Part shown: positions 25,237-34,348 of the stretch, in pieces
How positions within the stretch are numbered: the stretch's first letter is position 1
Layout: every line of letters starts with the position of its first letter
Source of the DNA: Dehalococcoidia bacterium
Lineage (GTDB): Bacteria > Chloroflexota > Dehalococcoidia > Lucifugimonadales > UBA2962
Reading direction: 5' to 3'
Assembly (NCBI GenBank): GCA_965250195.1
Contig: OZ252295.1
Location: 1,295,212-1,359,211 of the forward strand
DNA length: 64,000 nt
Program-made: the position numbers and the translations under genes
Notes under the pieces: generated by a model
The model's database searches: none
Told to the model about the DNA's origin: nothing
Seen by the model: only the letters and a program-made list of their open reading frames with translations

Positions 25237-26538
25237 ATGGCAACTGAACTGACCATGCCCCAGATGGGCTACGACATGCAGGAGGGTACCGTCGTCCGAT
25301 GGCTCAAGTCGGAGGGTGCGCAGGTTGAAAAGGGCGAGGTGATCGCCGAGATCGAGACCGACAAGGCGGTCGTGGAGTTCCCGTCCCACGCCGACGGCCT
25401 GCTCAGGCGGATCGTCGTGGCCGAGGGCGGCACCGTGCCCGTCGGTCAGGTTATCGCCGTGGTAGGCGAAGAGGGCGAGGAGATAACCGTGGCCGCGCCC
25501 CCCGAGCCCGCCGAAGGAGAACCAGAAACTGACGACGAGCCGAGCGCCGCGGTTCCCCTGCCCGCGTCGACTTTGTCCCCGCCCGAGCTCGCACCAACCG
25601 ATTCCGCCCCAGCTCCGGTTGCACGAGCCGCCGACTTAGGAAGGGTGCGAGCCTCGCCTGTGGCACGCAAACTGGCAGAAGAGCGCGGCATCGACCTGAC
25701 CCAGGTCGTCGGCACCGGCCCCGGCGGCCGCATTACACGAGAGGACGTCGAGGGCCACGTGCCCGACCCGACGGCGACACCGGTACCAGAGGCGGCCCCG
25801 ATCGCAGCGACCCCAGTCGCCGCCCCTGTTGCAGCCGTTGGCGGCGCTCTGAAGGGCGACATGGTGCCCCTCAGCCGCATGCGCCAGCAGATCGCCAGGG
25901 TGACCGTTCGCTCCAAGACCGAGGCTCCCCACTTCTACGTCTCGACCGAAGTGGACATGACCCAGGCCATGGAGATGCGCAAACAGATCAACGCCAGCCC
26001 CGACTTCGAGGGAGCCAAGGTCTCGGTCAACGACCTGATCCTGAAGGCGTGCATCGGGGCCTTGAAAAAGCACCCCAAATTCAACGCCACCTTTACTCCT
26101 GATGGCATTCAGATGCACGAGCACATCAACATTGGCATGGCCATCGCCGAAGACGAAGGCCTCATCGTGCCCGCCGTCAGGGACGCCCACGACATGTCCC
26201 TCAAGCAGTTGGCAATCGCCAGCAGGGACCTGGCCGAGCGGTCCCGGGGTGGTGCGCTCACCGCCGACGAGTACACCAGCGGCACCTTTACCGTCAGCAA
26301 CCTCGGAATGTTCGACGTCAGTGGGTTCCTGGCCATCATCCACCCACCCCAGTCCGCCGTCGTGGCGGTGGGCTCCGTGGGTAAAAAGCCAGTCGTGCGA
26401 GGCGAGCGGGTAGAGGTCGCCGACATCATGACGGCAACCCTGTCGGCCGACCATCGCATCGTTGACGGAGCGGAGGGCGCGCTATTCATCGGCGAGGTCA
26501 AGTCCATCCTGGAAAACCCCTACCAGCTTCTGGTATAA
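25237..26538 (+). CDS. pdhC: Dihydrolipoamide acyltransferase (E2) with a single lipoyl domain
   Basis: Lipoyl-Lys motif IETDKAVVEFPS, an Ala/Pro linker, a peripheral-subunit-binding domain (SPVARKLAEERGIDL) and the catalytic DHRIVDGA. Confidence 0.9.
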   Translation: MATELTMPQMGYDMQEGTVVRWLKSEGAQVEKGEVIAEIETDKAVVEFPSHADGLLRRIVVAEGGTVPVGQVIAVVGEEGEEITVAAPPEPAEGEPETDDEPSAAVPLPASTLSPPELAPTDSAPAPVARAADLGRVRASPVARKLAEERGIDLTQVVGTGPGGRITREDVEGHVPDPTATPVPEAAPIAATPVAAPVAAVGGALKGDMVPLSRMRQQIARVTVRSKTEAPHFYVSTEVDMTQAMEMRKQINASPDFEGAKVSVNDLILKACIGALKKHPKFNATFTPDGIQMHEHINIGMAIAEDEGLIVPAVRDAHDMSLKQLAIASRDLAERSRGGALTADEYTSGTFTVSNLGMFDVSGFLAIIHPPQSAVVAVGSVGKKPVVRGERVEVADIMTATLSADHRIVDGAEGALFIGEVKSILENPYQLLV

Positions 26539-26556
26539 GAGGCCGAGGCCACTAGT

Positions 26557-27357
26557 TTGAAATTGATCAAAGAGCCCCGCGTCTACCTGACCACGCGAAC
26601 CGCCGTTGACTGGGAGGCGATAGCCGAGTTCCTGGCGGCAGAGGGCGTCCCTCCGATACCGCAGAGTATCCGTGCGGGCGACGACGAGTCGGCCGCGGTC
26701 GTCGAGGTCTCCGCCCGCATGTGCTACATGAGCTACGGCCGGGGTAGGCGGGACATCGCCGACTTCGTGACCAACCTCCTTTCGTCAAAGGACGGTAGCG
26801 TCTTCGAGCACGTCAACTACGGCTTCGTGGTGACCGGCGTGTCGCGCAGCCTCACCCACGAGCTGGTTCGCCACCGGGCCGGGTTCGCCTACTCCCAGCG
26901 CTCCCAGCGCTACGTAGACGAGGCGGGAGCGGCCTTCGTCGTACCACCGGCGCTCGCACGAAAGGTCGGCGACGTGGAGACGGCGGCAAAAATATTCGAA
27001 AAGGCGATGGATGTGGCCTCGTCCAGTTACGACGAGCTGGTAGCGGCGCTGGAAAAGACGCTGCCTTTGGACCTCTTTGAGCTCAAGACAGACCGGCGCA
27101 AGGCCATCAGGCAGGCGGCCCGTTCGGTGCTACCCAACGCTACGGAAACGAAGATTTTCATCACCGCCAACGTCCGCGCCTGGCGACACTTCATCGAAAT
27201 GCGCGGAGCGTCCTACGCCGACTGGGAGATTCGCAGCCTGGCCCTGCGCATCCTGGCGCTACTGGAGCAAGAAGCGCCGTTGCTCTTCGGCGACTTCACC
27301 GTTGAGCAATTGCCAGACGGCACCTCCATAGCCACCCCTCTCTACTCCAAGGTCTAG
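26557..27357 (+). CDS. thyX: FAD-dependent thymidylate synthase ThyX
   Basis: ThyX signature HELVRHRAGFAYSQRSQRY (RHRxxSxxxxSxR). Confidence 0.9.
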   Translation: MKLIKEPRVYLTTRTAVDWEAIAEFLAAEGVPPIPQSIRAGDDESAAVVEVSARMCYMSYGRGRRDIADFVTNLLSSKDGSVFEHVNYGFVVTGVSRSLTHELVRHRAGFAYSQRSQRYVDEAGAAFVVPPALARKVGDVETAAKIFEKAMDVASSSYDELVAALEKTLPLDLFELKTDRRKAIRQAARSVLPNATETKIFITANVRAWRHFIEMRGASYADWEIRSLALRILALLEQEAPLLFGDFTVEQLPDGTSIATPLYSKV

Positions 27358-27363
27358 CTTCTG

Positions 27364-28131
27364 TTGCGCCGGTTTGAGGGCAGGGTCACCGTGGTCACCG
27401 GGGCCAACTCCGGCATCGGTGCGGCCACGGGCGAGGCCTTCGCCCGCGAGGGTGCCGCCGTTGCGCTCGCCGCCCGTCGTAAACAAGAGGGCCAGGCCGT
27501 CGCCGACCGCATCACCGCCGCCGGCGGACGCGCCATATTCGTAGAGACCGACGTCGCCGATGCGGCCCAGGTGCGGAACCTCATCGACACGACCATAGAG
27601 GCATTTGGACGTCTCGACTACGGCGTCAACAACGCGGGGACCGAAGGGGCCAGGACGCCGACGGCCGAATATCCGTTGGAAGAGTGGGACCGGGTATGCG
27701 GCGTGAACCTGACCGGCGTCTACCTGTGCATGAAATACCAGATCCCCCACATACTCAGTGACTCAGTTGACGGAGGTGCGATAGTCAACGTCGCATCCGG
27801 CAACGGCCTGGTTGGGGGCGCCGGTGTGCCTGGCTACATCGCCAGCAAGCACGCTGCCGTGGGCCTGACCAAGGCCGCGGCGCTCGACTACGCCCCACAG
27901 GGCCTACGCATCAACGCCCTGTGCACATCGAGCGTGGCCACGCCCATGCAGGACCGCATATTTGGCGGCGACGCTCCCGAGATCATGGCAAAAGTAGCGA
28001 ACATGCACCCGTCCGGCACCATCTCCACCCCCGAGGAGTGCGCGGGAGCCATCATGTGGCTGTGCTCGGGGGCGGCGTCCTACCTGACCGGCTACGCTTA
28101 TGTAATGGACGGGGGCTGGCTGGCCCGCTAA
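27364..28131 (+). CDS. Short-chain dehydrogenase/reductase (SDR)
   Basis: TGANSGIG cofactor motif, NNAG, and catalytic YIASKHA. Confidence 0.85.
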   Translation: MRRFEGRVTVVTGANSGIGAATGEAFAREGAAVALAARRKQEGQAVADRITAAGGRAIFVETDVADAAQVRNLIDTTIEAFGRLDYGVNNAGTEGARTPTAEYPLEEWDRVCGVNLTGVYLCMKYQIPHILSDSVDGGAIVNVASGNGLVGGAGVPGYIASKHAAVGLTKAAALDYAPQGLRINALCTSSVATPMQDRIFGGDAPEIMAKVANMHPSGTISTPEECAGAIMWLCSGAASYLTGYAYVMDGGWLAR

Positions 28132-28137
28132 AGTTCG

Positions 28138-28809
28138 TTATCGCCTGGCCACCGGCTCGGCGGCCTCAGTAGCCCGTGCGTTGTGCTCCGCGATCAGCTC
28201 GTCGATGATGCGAACGAACTTGTCGTCCCGGATGCCGCCGTCCACCCGGTCGAACACGGTGCCATCGGCATTAATAAATACCGTCGCCGGAAGCCCCCGG
28301 ACCGCGAAATTGACCACCGGTGTGCGGTTGGGGGGAGCGCCGGCAGGGTAGGTAATGTTAAGTTCATCGAGAAGCGCGATCGCGTTGTTTCGGTTGCCAA
28401 GACCGGTAAAAATGCCGACGTCCATGCCCAGAATGATGACCTCATCGCCCCGTGCCTGGTGCACCCGCTCGAACCCCGGCATCTCAGCCCGGCATGGCGG
28501 GCAGTTGCCCGCCCAGAAGTTGAGCGCCACCGGCTTATCCAGCGCCAGCACGTCATTGAAGCTGATGTTCGTCCCGCCCAGCAGCTCCTGGCCCTGGTAG
28601 ACCTCGAACTCGAAGTCCGATGCGCTGTTGGACGATCCTATTGCCTGGAGAGTGCCGAAAACCACCAGCACCAGCACCGCTACCAGCACGAAACTCATAA
28701 TCAGGTTGGATGGGCGCTTGTAGAAAGCTACTTGGGCCGCACTCGCCTTGCCAACCCGCTTGCGTTCCCGCTTCGTCGCCCGTTTAGCCACTGATTGCTC
28801 CCCTCCCAC
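28138..28809 (-). CDS. Membrane-anchored TlpA/ResA-like thiol:disulfide oxidoreductase
   Basis: A single N-terminal TM helix (LIMSFVLVAVLVLVVFGTL) followed by a thioredoxin fold with FWAGNCPPCRAEMP. Confidence 0.8.
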   Translation of the reverse strand: MGGEQSVAKRATKRERKRVGKASAAQVAFYKRPSNLIMSFVLVAVLVLVVFGTLQAIGSSNSASDFEFEVYQGQELLGGTNISFNDVLALDKPVALNFWAGNCPPCRAEMPGFERVHQARGDEVIILGMDVGIFTGLGNRNNAIALLDELNITYPAGAPPNRTPVVNFAVRGLPATVFINADGTVFDRVDGGIRDDKFVRIIDELIAEHNARATEAAEPVARR

Positions 28810-28875
28810 CGGCCGCTTATCACGGGTCGGTCCCCCTGGCTCAGCGCCACAATCGACGCAATCGCAATTCCACCC

Positions 28876-30396
28876 CTATTCGATGCCGTCGGTCGGGACG
28901 CGGTTCACCCCCAGATCATCGTTTGCCTCCTGCCGGTCCATCTCCTCACTGCGGGAGCGGTTCCACGCCATTAGCAGGGCCGGGACTATCGCGATAGCGC
29001 TGACCAGGGCGGCTATTACGAAAAACTCTACGAACAGATCCATCCCAATGGTTGTCACGGTTGTCTGGAACTCGGCGACCCGTGCGCTCGTCACCGCCGC
29101 CGCCTCTCCCACAGTGGGCAGCGGTAGAGGCACGTCCGAGACCAGAATCGAGAACCGTTGGGAACCCCACGCCGTAATCGCGGCGAGGCCGAACGTCATC
29201 CCCAGCAGCCGCATCGCCGTCACCAGCCCTGCCGATGCCCCGCGGTCCCGGTGATTCACCGGGACCGTCGCGCCCAGTGCGATGGGGGCGATGAGCAGAC
29301 CGAACCCGAGCCCGGCCATCGCCAGGTGAATCGTCATGGAGGGCTCGCCGATATCCAGGCCCCACGTGCTCATCAGGCCGTAGCCTCCCGCCACGAGAGC
29401 GAGCCCCAATACCGTAGGAATGCGGTAATCCATGCGCTGCGCGGCCAGACCGCCGATGACGGCCCCGATGGGCATGGCCAACGTCATTCTCATGAGGCGC
29501 AGGCCGCCCTCCAGGGCCGAGTGCCCCATCAGGTACGTTGTCATGTACGGAATCGACACCATGCCGATGATCAGGGCGACTCCGATTAACAGGTGGCTAA
29601 AGTTCGCCGTTACCACCGTGATGCTGCGGAACATCGAATTTGGCAGCAGCGTGACGGAGCCGGTTCGCTGGCGATAGATGAACGCCGCTAGCGCGGCCCC
29701 GGCCAGCACGAAGTAGCCGACCATCGCCAGATCCAAGCTGTCGATGCGAGACAGCCCCAGAGTCACGGTCGCCAGAGACACGGCGAGGAACCCGCCGCCC
29801 ATGTAGTCAACCTTCGACCTGAATTTTGGACTGGGCCCCAGCAACCAGAACAGCGCGATGAGGACCACCGCGCCCAGGGGGATATTCATCCAGAAAACCC
29901 ACGGCCAGTCCAGGAAGCGTCCGACCAGGCCGCCCCAAAGCGGCCCGATCACACCCCCGGCCTCCGCGGCGCCTCCCACCAGCCCGAACGCCAGCGCCCT
30001 GTTTCCCCTCGGGAACAGGTCGCCGATTATGGCAATGGCGATCGGCAGCATCGCACCGGCCCCAATCGCCTGGAACACCCGGAAAGTGATGAACGAAGAT
30101 AGGTTAGGAGCGAGCGCGGTCGCTACCGACCAGCCCATGAAAAACACCATCGCCCAGGCGAACATGCGCCGGTGCCCGAACGCATCCGACATGGAGCCGA
30201 CCAGGGGCATCGCGGCTACGTAGCCCAGTAAGTAGGCGGTAATCGTCCACGAGGCCTTGTCCAGTTCCGTGGGCGGAATGCGGAAGTCGAGCATTATGTC
30301 CTGGAGGACGGTGACGATAACCGTCTGGTCGTCGGCGGCGACGAACACTCCAAGGCAAATCGGTATCAGCGCCAGGTAAGGCGAGGGGCGAGGCAT
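28876..30396 (-). CDS. MFS transporter, DHA2 (14-TMS EmrB/QacA-like) family
   Basis: A 506-aa polytopic protein with the MFS motif A-like GSMSDAFGHRRMF and a length typical of 14-TMS drug/H+ antiporters. Confidence 0.88.
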   Translation of the reverse strand: MPRPSPYLALIPICLGVFVAADDQTVIVTVLQDIMLDFRIPPTELDKASWTITAYLLGYVAAMPLVGSMSDAFGHRRMFAWAMVFFMGWSVATALAPNLSSFITFRVFQAIGAGAMLPIAIAIIGDLFPRGNRALAFGLVGGAAEAGGVIGPLWGGLVGRFLDWPWVFWMNIPLGAVVLIALFWLLGPSPKFRSKVDYMGGGFLAVSLATVTLGLSRIDSLDLAMVGYFVLAGAALAAFIYRQRTGSVTLLPNSMFRSITVVTANFSHLLIGVALIIGMVSIPYMTTYLMGHSALEGGLRLMRMTLAMPIGAVIGGLAAQRMDYRIPTVLGLALVAGGYGLMSTWGLDIGEPSMTIHLAMAGLGFGLLIAPIALGATVPVNHRDRGASAGLVTAMRLLGMTFGLAAITAWGSQRFSILVSDVPLPLPTVGEAAAVTSARVAEFQTTVTTIGMDLFVEFFVIAALVSAIAIVPALLMAWNRSRSEEMDRQEANDDLGVNRVPTDGIE

Positions 30397-30402
30397 GAGA
30401 GC

Positions 30403-31161
30403 TTAGGGGATGTCCGGGGCCTCGATGTTCACCGGCTCGTCGAACTTCGACAGCGTCACCACCCGCACCGTGTCCGGCGCGTCTGAAGGCGCCACCTGGC
30501 CGATGAACCGCGCCAGCTTTAGATGCAGCGTATGGGCGTCGATCTCCACCTCTAGGTCCACGACCCCGTCTTGCACCGTGGCCCCCAGCAGAGCCTCCAG
30601 GGAGTTGGCCGGCACCTTGCCGGTCAGCTTGTACAGGTCGCTGCCCGAATCCACGAAGACCGCTCCCGTTACCTCGTCGAGGACAGAGGAAATGCCCTCT
30701 TTGGGGTTAAAGAACTGGATGGGCGAGACGTTCGCGTCGATCTCTTGCCACTCTCCCGTCAACGGGTTCGTCATGTAATTGGCGTCGCCGATTGCAATGA
30801 GCTTGGCATTAATTGGGATATTGCCGAATAGCCCGGAAAACTCCGCGTAAAGCCTGTCCGGGGGCTGCACGTCGCCGAAAGTATCCTCGACGTTTAGGCC
30901 GGGCAAAAACGCAGTGGTGCCCACCTCATGCACCATCTGAAAGTGGAACGTCCCGAGGTTCGCCATAACCTCGCCGGAGCGGGCAAGCACCTCGGCCTCC
31001 GTCAAAGGCTCGGCGGCGGGAGTTGGAGTAGCGCTCGGTTCAGAGCCTCCGCAGGCAGAAGCGATTATTACGAGACTCGCGATCGTAGCGACCACAGCCA
31101 GTGACTTCGGGAGACGCAAAGAGACCCCGCCGTTTGCGGCGGGGTCTCCAAATCGCTTCAA
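30403..31161 (-). CDS. LppX/LprAFG-family-like lipoprotein (LprG-like)
   Basis: Lipobox ...VIIASAC|GG. The 252-aa size and pattern (...GDANYMTNPLTGEWQEI...LYKLTGKVPANSLEALL...) resemble the LprG/LppX lipid-binding fold. It ends 7 nt upstream of the MFS gene. Confidence 0.6.
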   Translation of the reverse strand: MKRFGDPAANGGVSLRLPKSLAVVATIASLVIIASACGGSEPSATPTPAAEPLTEAEVLARSGEVMANLGTFHFQMVHEVGTTAFLPGLNVEDTFGDVQPPDRLYAEFSGLFGNIPINAKLIAIGDANYMTNPLTGEWQEIDANVSPIQFFNPKEGISSVLDEVTGAVFVDSGSDLYKLTGKVPANSLEALLGATVQDGVVDLEVEIDAHTLHLKLARFIGQVAPSDAPDTVRVVTLSKFDEPVNIEAPDIP

Positions 31162-31176
31162 AAAGCGGCCGGTTCC

Positions 31177-32346
31177 TTACCGGTCGTTTCGGACGCGGCT
31201 GCTCCTCATCACCATGGCGCCGCCGCCGAGAATCAGGACCAGCGCGGCCGCCAGGGCGAGCATCGCCATGGTCGCCACCGACTTGTCACCGGTGTTGGAC
31301 AGGCCGATACCGAGCTCGGGTCCTACCGGTGCCAGCCCGCCGGCTGTCAGCGTGTAGGTGGCCATCAACTGGGCTTCCACGTAGGCCTGAGCGGCGCCGC
31401 CTTCGGTGCCGGCCGAGCTAATCGTGCCGTCGGCGTTGGAATCCAGGCCGTTTAAGGCGCTGGAAAGGAACCCGACAACCGGGCTGAGTTGCAGCTTGGC
31501 CAGGAACAGGGTCGACTGACCCAGTGAGACCAGAGCCTCGTCCCTTGCGGAAGAGGCGTGGCTGGCGGCGTTCCCGCCGGCCGACTCGACAAGCGCTGCG
31601 TGCTCTGCAATCATCGTGTCGTCAGGAGACTCGCCCGCTGCGAAGGTCGCATGTTCGGCGTCCGACGCATGCAAAAGGACGCCCAGTCCGTCACCAGGGT
31701 TGCCGAACGAGCCGTCGAAGTTGGCGCCGTCCGTGCCCTCGATGATGTTGATGACGTGGTGGGTGTTTAGCTGAACCTCTTCCAACGTGTCGGAATCGAT
31801 TGCCAGCTGTGCGTGCGTAATCGCAGCCTGAATCTGAATCTGGAGGTTGGACAGAATACCCGTACCGGAGCCCGGCGGCCAGTCGGTAAGAAGGTGCCGG
31901 ATGTGCGCCATCGACGACAGCGGAATCCGGTGGCTGAACGCGACTACGTCCGAGGGGTCCGGGTCGGTGTCGGGCACCGGCTCCACGGTAACGACGAACT
32001 TGTTGTAGCCGTTGGTGAGGTTCTCGCCGTCAGCGGAGACGAACACGTGGGCAATGGTGCCGTCTGCGGCGACCGCCATCACACCCACGCTCAGCTTGTC
32101 GTCACCGTTGTCGCCGACAAGCCAGCCTTCCAGTGCTGTGCCGGCGGCCACGGAAGGCACATCCTCCATGGCGACCGTTATAGTGTCGCCGAGGCTGGTT
32201 CCGTCAGAAATTATAGCCGTCCCTGTACCTGCCCCCGCGGATATCAATTCGGGTTCCTGGGCCATTGCCAGGCCCGTGGGAAGCGCCATGGACAGCAATA
32301 GGGCCAGGAGGGTTGCGACCCTGGCTCCGGGTCTCTTTATTGACAT
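31177..32346 (-). CDS. Secreted protein: RskA-ectodomain-like N-terminal domain, helical His-rich middle region, and an LSNTG sortase-type C-terminal sorting signal
   Basis: Signal peptide MSIKRPGARVATLLALLLSMALPTGLAMA. N-domain ...EGWLVGDNG...FVVTVEPVPDTDPDPS parallels the anti-sigma C-domain. C-terminus is LSNTGD + ATMAMLALAAALVLILGGGAMVM + RSSRVRNDR. Confidence 0.7.
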   Translation of the reverse strand: MSIKRPGARVATLLALLLSMALPTGLAMAQEPELISAGAGTGTAIISDGTSLGDTITVAMEDVPSVAAGTALEGWLVGDNGDDKLSVGVMAVAADGTIAHVFVSADGENLTNGYNKFVVTVEPVPDTDPDPSDVVAFSHRIPLSSMAHIRHLLTDWPPGSGTGILSNLQIQIQAAITHAQLAIDSDTLEEVQLNTHHVINIIEGTDGANFDGSFGNPGDGLGVLLHASDAEHATFAAGESPDDTMIAEHAALVESAGGNAASHASSARDEALVSLGQSTLFLAKLQLSPVVGFLSSALNGLDSNADGTISSAGTEGGAAQAYVEAQLMATYTLTAGGLAPVGPELGIGLSNTGDKSVATMAMLALAAALVLILGGGAMVMRSSRVRNDR

Positions 32347-32446
32347 TTAGCTCGTAACCCCCTGTTTTTGGCAAAAAGGCCGCAAGGCCGTGCCGACGAC
32401 GAAACCGTATCACAAGCGCGTGGCGTGGCCTAGGCTTGCCGGGCGA

Positions 32447-32455
32447 ATTTTAGCA
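32447..32455 (-). promoter_or_regulatory. Candidate extended -10 element (TGcTAAAAT) just after the anti-sigma stop codon
   Basis: The minus strand reads ...tttagtatttgTGcTAAAATtcgccc.... It could drive the downstream 31177-32346 gene independently. Confidence 0.25.
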
Positions 32456-32461
32456 CAAATA

Positions 32462-33496
32462 CTAAAGATCGCCCACGAGAACCTGGTCAGTCGTCGGGTC
32501 GCTGCTACCACCGGCGGGTTCAACGGTGATCGCAATGGCGTCAAATTCGCCTACCGGAGCCACTAGCTGGAGAACAGTTTGGCCGTACCCGGAAGAGTCG
32601 ACCGTAAACGTTCCTCCGCTGATCCGCGACCCGTCCTTTATGAGCCAGATCTGGTACACCTGATCGTCGGGCAACGGGGGCAGGTCGAGTACCGCAAGAA
32701 GGCCGATGCGGCCGTCATCGGACATGAATATCATGCCCCGGGCCGACGCAGTTTGGCCGGCCGACCACAGCAGGTTCACGGAACGATCGGGTGCGGCGGC
32801 CATGTAGGTCAGCGTTCGCTGATCCTTGACGATGTCCATCATCTCGGATTCGTTTGTTGCCACCGTTTGCACCCGGCCGGCGAGTTCGGTCTGCTCCTCC
32901 ACTACCTCAGCGAGCAATTCATCGACCTGCTCCATGACCGAGGTCTCTTCCTCGACGACGAGTGCCAGTTCCTGCTGCTCAACTGCGGCCTCTTCGACCC
33001 TCTCGCCCATTACCTGTAGCTCGTTTTGGGTCGCCGTCTCCTGTAGTGCCAGGGCCTCGACCGTCTGGGACAGTTCGGCCGCGTCGCTCTCGACCGACCC
33101 CAGCCGGCTGTCCAGCCACACACCGCCGCCGATCAGCAGTGCGATCGCCACCACACCGAGGCCCATCGCGGGATGTGCCCAGCGGCTGCCGGCCAGTGCC
33201 TTCACGCTGCGTGTAAAGCCGCCCGGGCCCTGTTCACGGGGCGGGGCCAACAGTGTCTGGGCACGTGAGCTGAGATCGGCATCGACGCGGGCGAACAGCG
33301 CCTTTGCCACCCGGTCGGGCACCGGCACGCGTTCGGCAGTTGCGGCCAATGACGCCATCGTCTCAACCGCCTCGGCCATTTCAGGATGGTCCTCAGGGCA
33401 TTCGGCGCGGTGCGCCTCAAATTCTGCGCGCCGGTCTTCACCGAGCGCGCCGAGGGCATACAGTTCGTAGTCGTCTGTTATCTGCTTACAGTTCAT
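32462..33496 (-). CDS. Anti-sigma factor, RskA (anti-sigma-K)-like: N-terminal zinc-finger-like anti-sigma domain, TM helix, coiled coil and extracytoplasmic RskA domain
   Basis: YELYALGALGEDRRAEFEAHRAECPEDH (H-x3-C-x3-H variant of the ZAS motif), a TM helix HPAMGLGVVAIALLIGGGVW, and a C-terminal ...YQIWLIKDG...AITVEPAGGSSDPT motif. Confidence 0.8.
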   Translation of the reverse strand: MNCKQITDDYELYALGALGEDRRAEFEAHRAECPEDHPEMAEAVETMASLAATAERVPVPDRVAKALFARVDADLSSRAQTLLAPPREQGPGGFTRSVKALAGSRWAHPAMGLGVVAIALLIGGGVWLDSRLGSVESDAAELSQTVEALALQETATQNELQVMGERVEEAAVEQQELALVVEEETSVMEQVDELLAEVVEEQTELAGRVQTVATNESEMMDIVKDQRTLTYMAAAPDRSVNLLWSAGQTASARGMIFMSDDGRIGLLAVLDLPPLPDDQVYQIWLIKDGSRISGGTFTVDSSGYGQTVLQLVAPVGEFDAIAITVEPAGGSSDPTTDQVLVGDL

Positions 33497-33617
33497 AGCT
33501 CTATCAATTACTAACGCAGCGCTCGCCCAAGCGGATTTCCGGTCTAGAGACTGGGTAAAGCCCCTTCATCCGGGTTGCCCGGTTCTGGGCACCAGGTTCG
33601 GGCGGGCTGGTGCTGAT

Positions 33618-34214
33618 TTATCCCATTACGTCGCGGCTCACCGTCGCTCTCAGTTTTTTTAGTGCCAGCCTCATTCGCGTTTTTACCGTCCCCAGTGGTT
33701 GTTCCAGGCGGGCAGCTATCTCTGTATGAGTAAATCCGCCAAAGTACGCCAGCTCCACCACCACCCTCTGTTCGGGTCTGAGCGTCTTGAGCGCCTCATC
33801 GAGGACTCCCCGCTGGAACTGGGCGGTGGCGAACCGAACGGGATCGGACGTGTCATCCGAAGGGATATCGAGCGTCTCGACCTCGCGTGAAGAGCGCTGC
33901 TGCTCCCTGCGTTTGCGCCGTCTTATCTCGTCGATGGCGCGGTGGTGGACAATGCTGAACAGCCAGGCAGTCACCTTGCCCCGCCCCTTCTTATAGCTCC
34001 CGGCCCTACGCCAGACATTGAAGAAGGCGTCCTGCGTCACCTCCTCCGCGGCACCGGGTTCCCTGAGAATCTTCAGGGCGAACGAATAGGCGGCCGTCGA
34101 GTATCGTCGGTACAGCTCCGCCAGGGCGTCGCGCCGTTGCTCGGCGATGAGGTCCAGCAGCTCCTCGTCGCTCAGTTCCGCCATTTCGGGCAGTTCGGGG
34201 GTTTGGTCGGTCAC
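33618..34214 (-). CDS. ECF-type RNA polymerase sigma-70 family factor (SigK-like by context)
   Basis: Region 2 (DAFFNVWRRAGSY) and region 4 HTH (ELAYFGGFTHTEIAARLEQPLGTVKTRMRLALKKLR). I chose the GTG start at 34214, 9 nt downstream of a TATAAT. ATG 34184 is an alternative; the tracked 34340 start adds an implausible Arg/Gly-rich extension. Confidence 0.85.
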   Translation of the reverse strand: MTDQTPELPEMAELSDEELLDLIAEQRRDALAELYRRYSTAAYSFALKILREPGAAEEVTQDAFFNVWRRAGSYKKGRGKVTAWLFSIVHHRAIDEIRRRKRREQQRSSREVETLDIPSDDTSDPVRFATAQFQRGVLDEALKTLRPEQRVVVELAYFGGFTHTEIAARLEQPLGTVKTRMRLALKKLRATVSRDVMG

Positions 34215-34312
34215 GGGGGCCGAATTATATCGGCAATCGATCTGGGGCGGGCACGGTCCAACCCGCGCCCCGCCTCGGCCACAGCCATTCACCTGCGAGG
34301 CCGCGGAGCGCG

Positions 34313-34341
34313 TTGACACCCCTACGGCTCGCCCATACACT
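34313..34341 (+). promoter_or_regulatory. Candidate sigma-70 promoter (TTGACA-N17-TACACT) for the tandem SDR genes
   Basis: Perfect TTGACA at 34313-34318, a 17-nt spacer and TACACT at 34336-34341. The GTG start at 34349 lies 7 nt after the -10 element, so the mRNA may be leaderless. Confidence 0.5.
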
Positions 34342-34348
34342 CGCGGCC

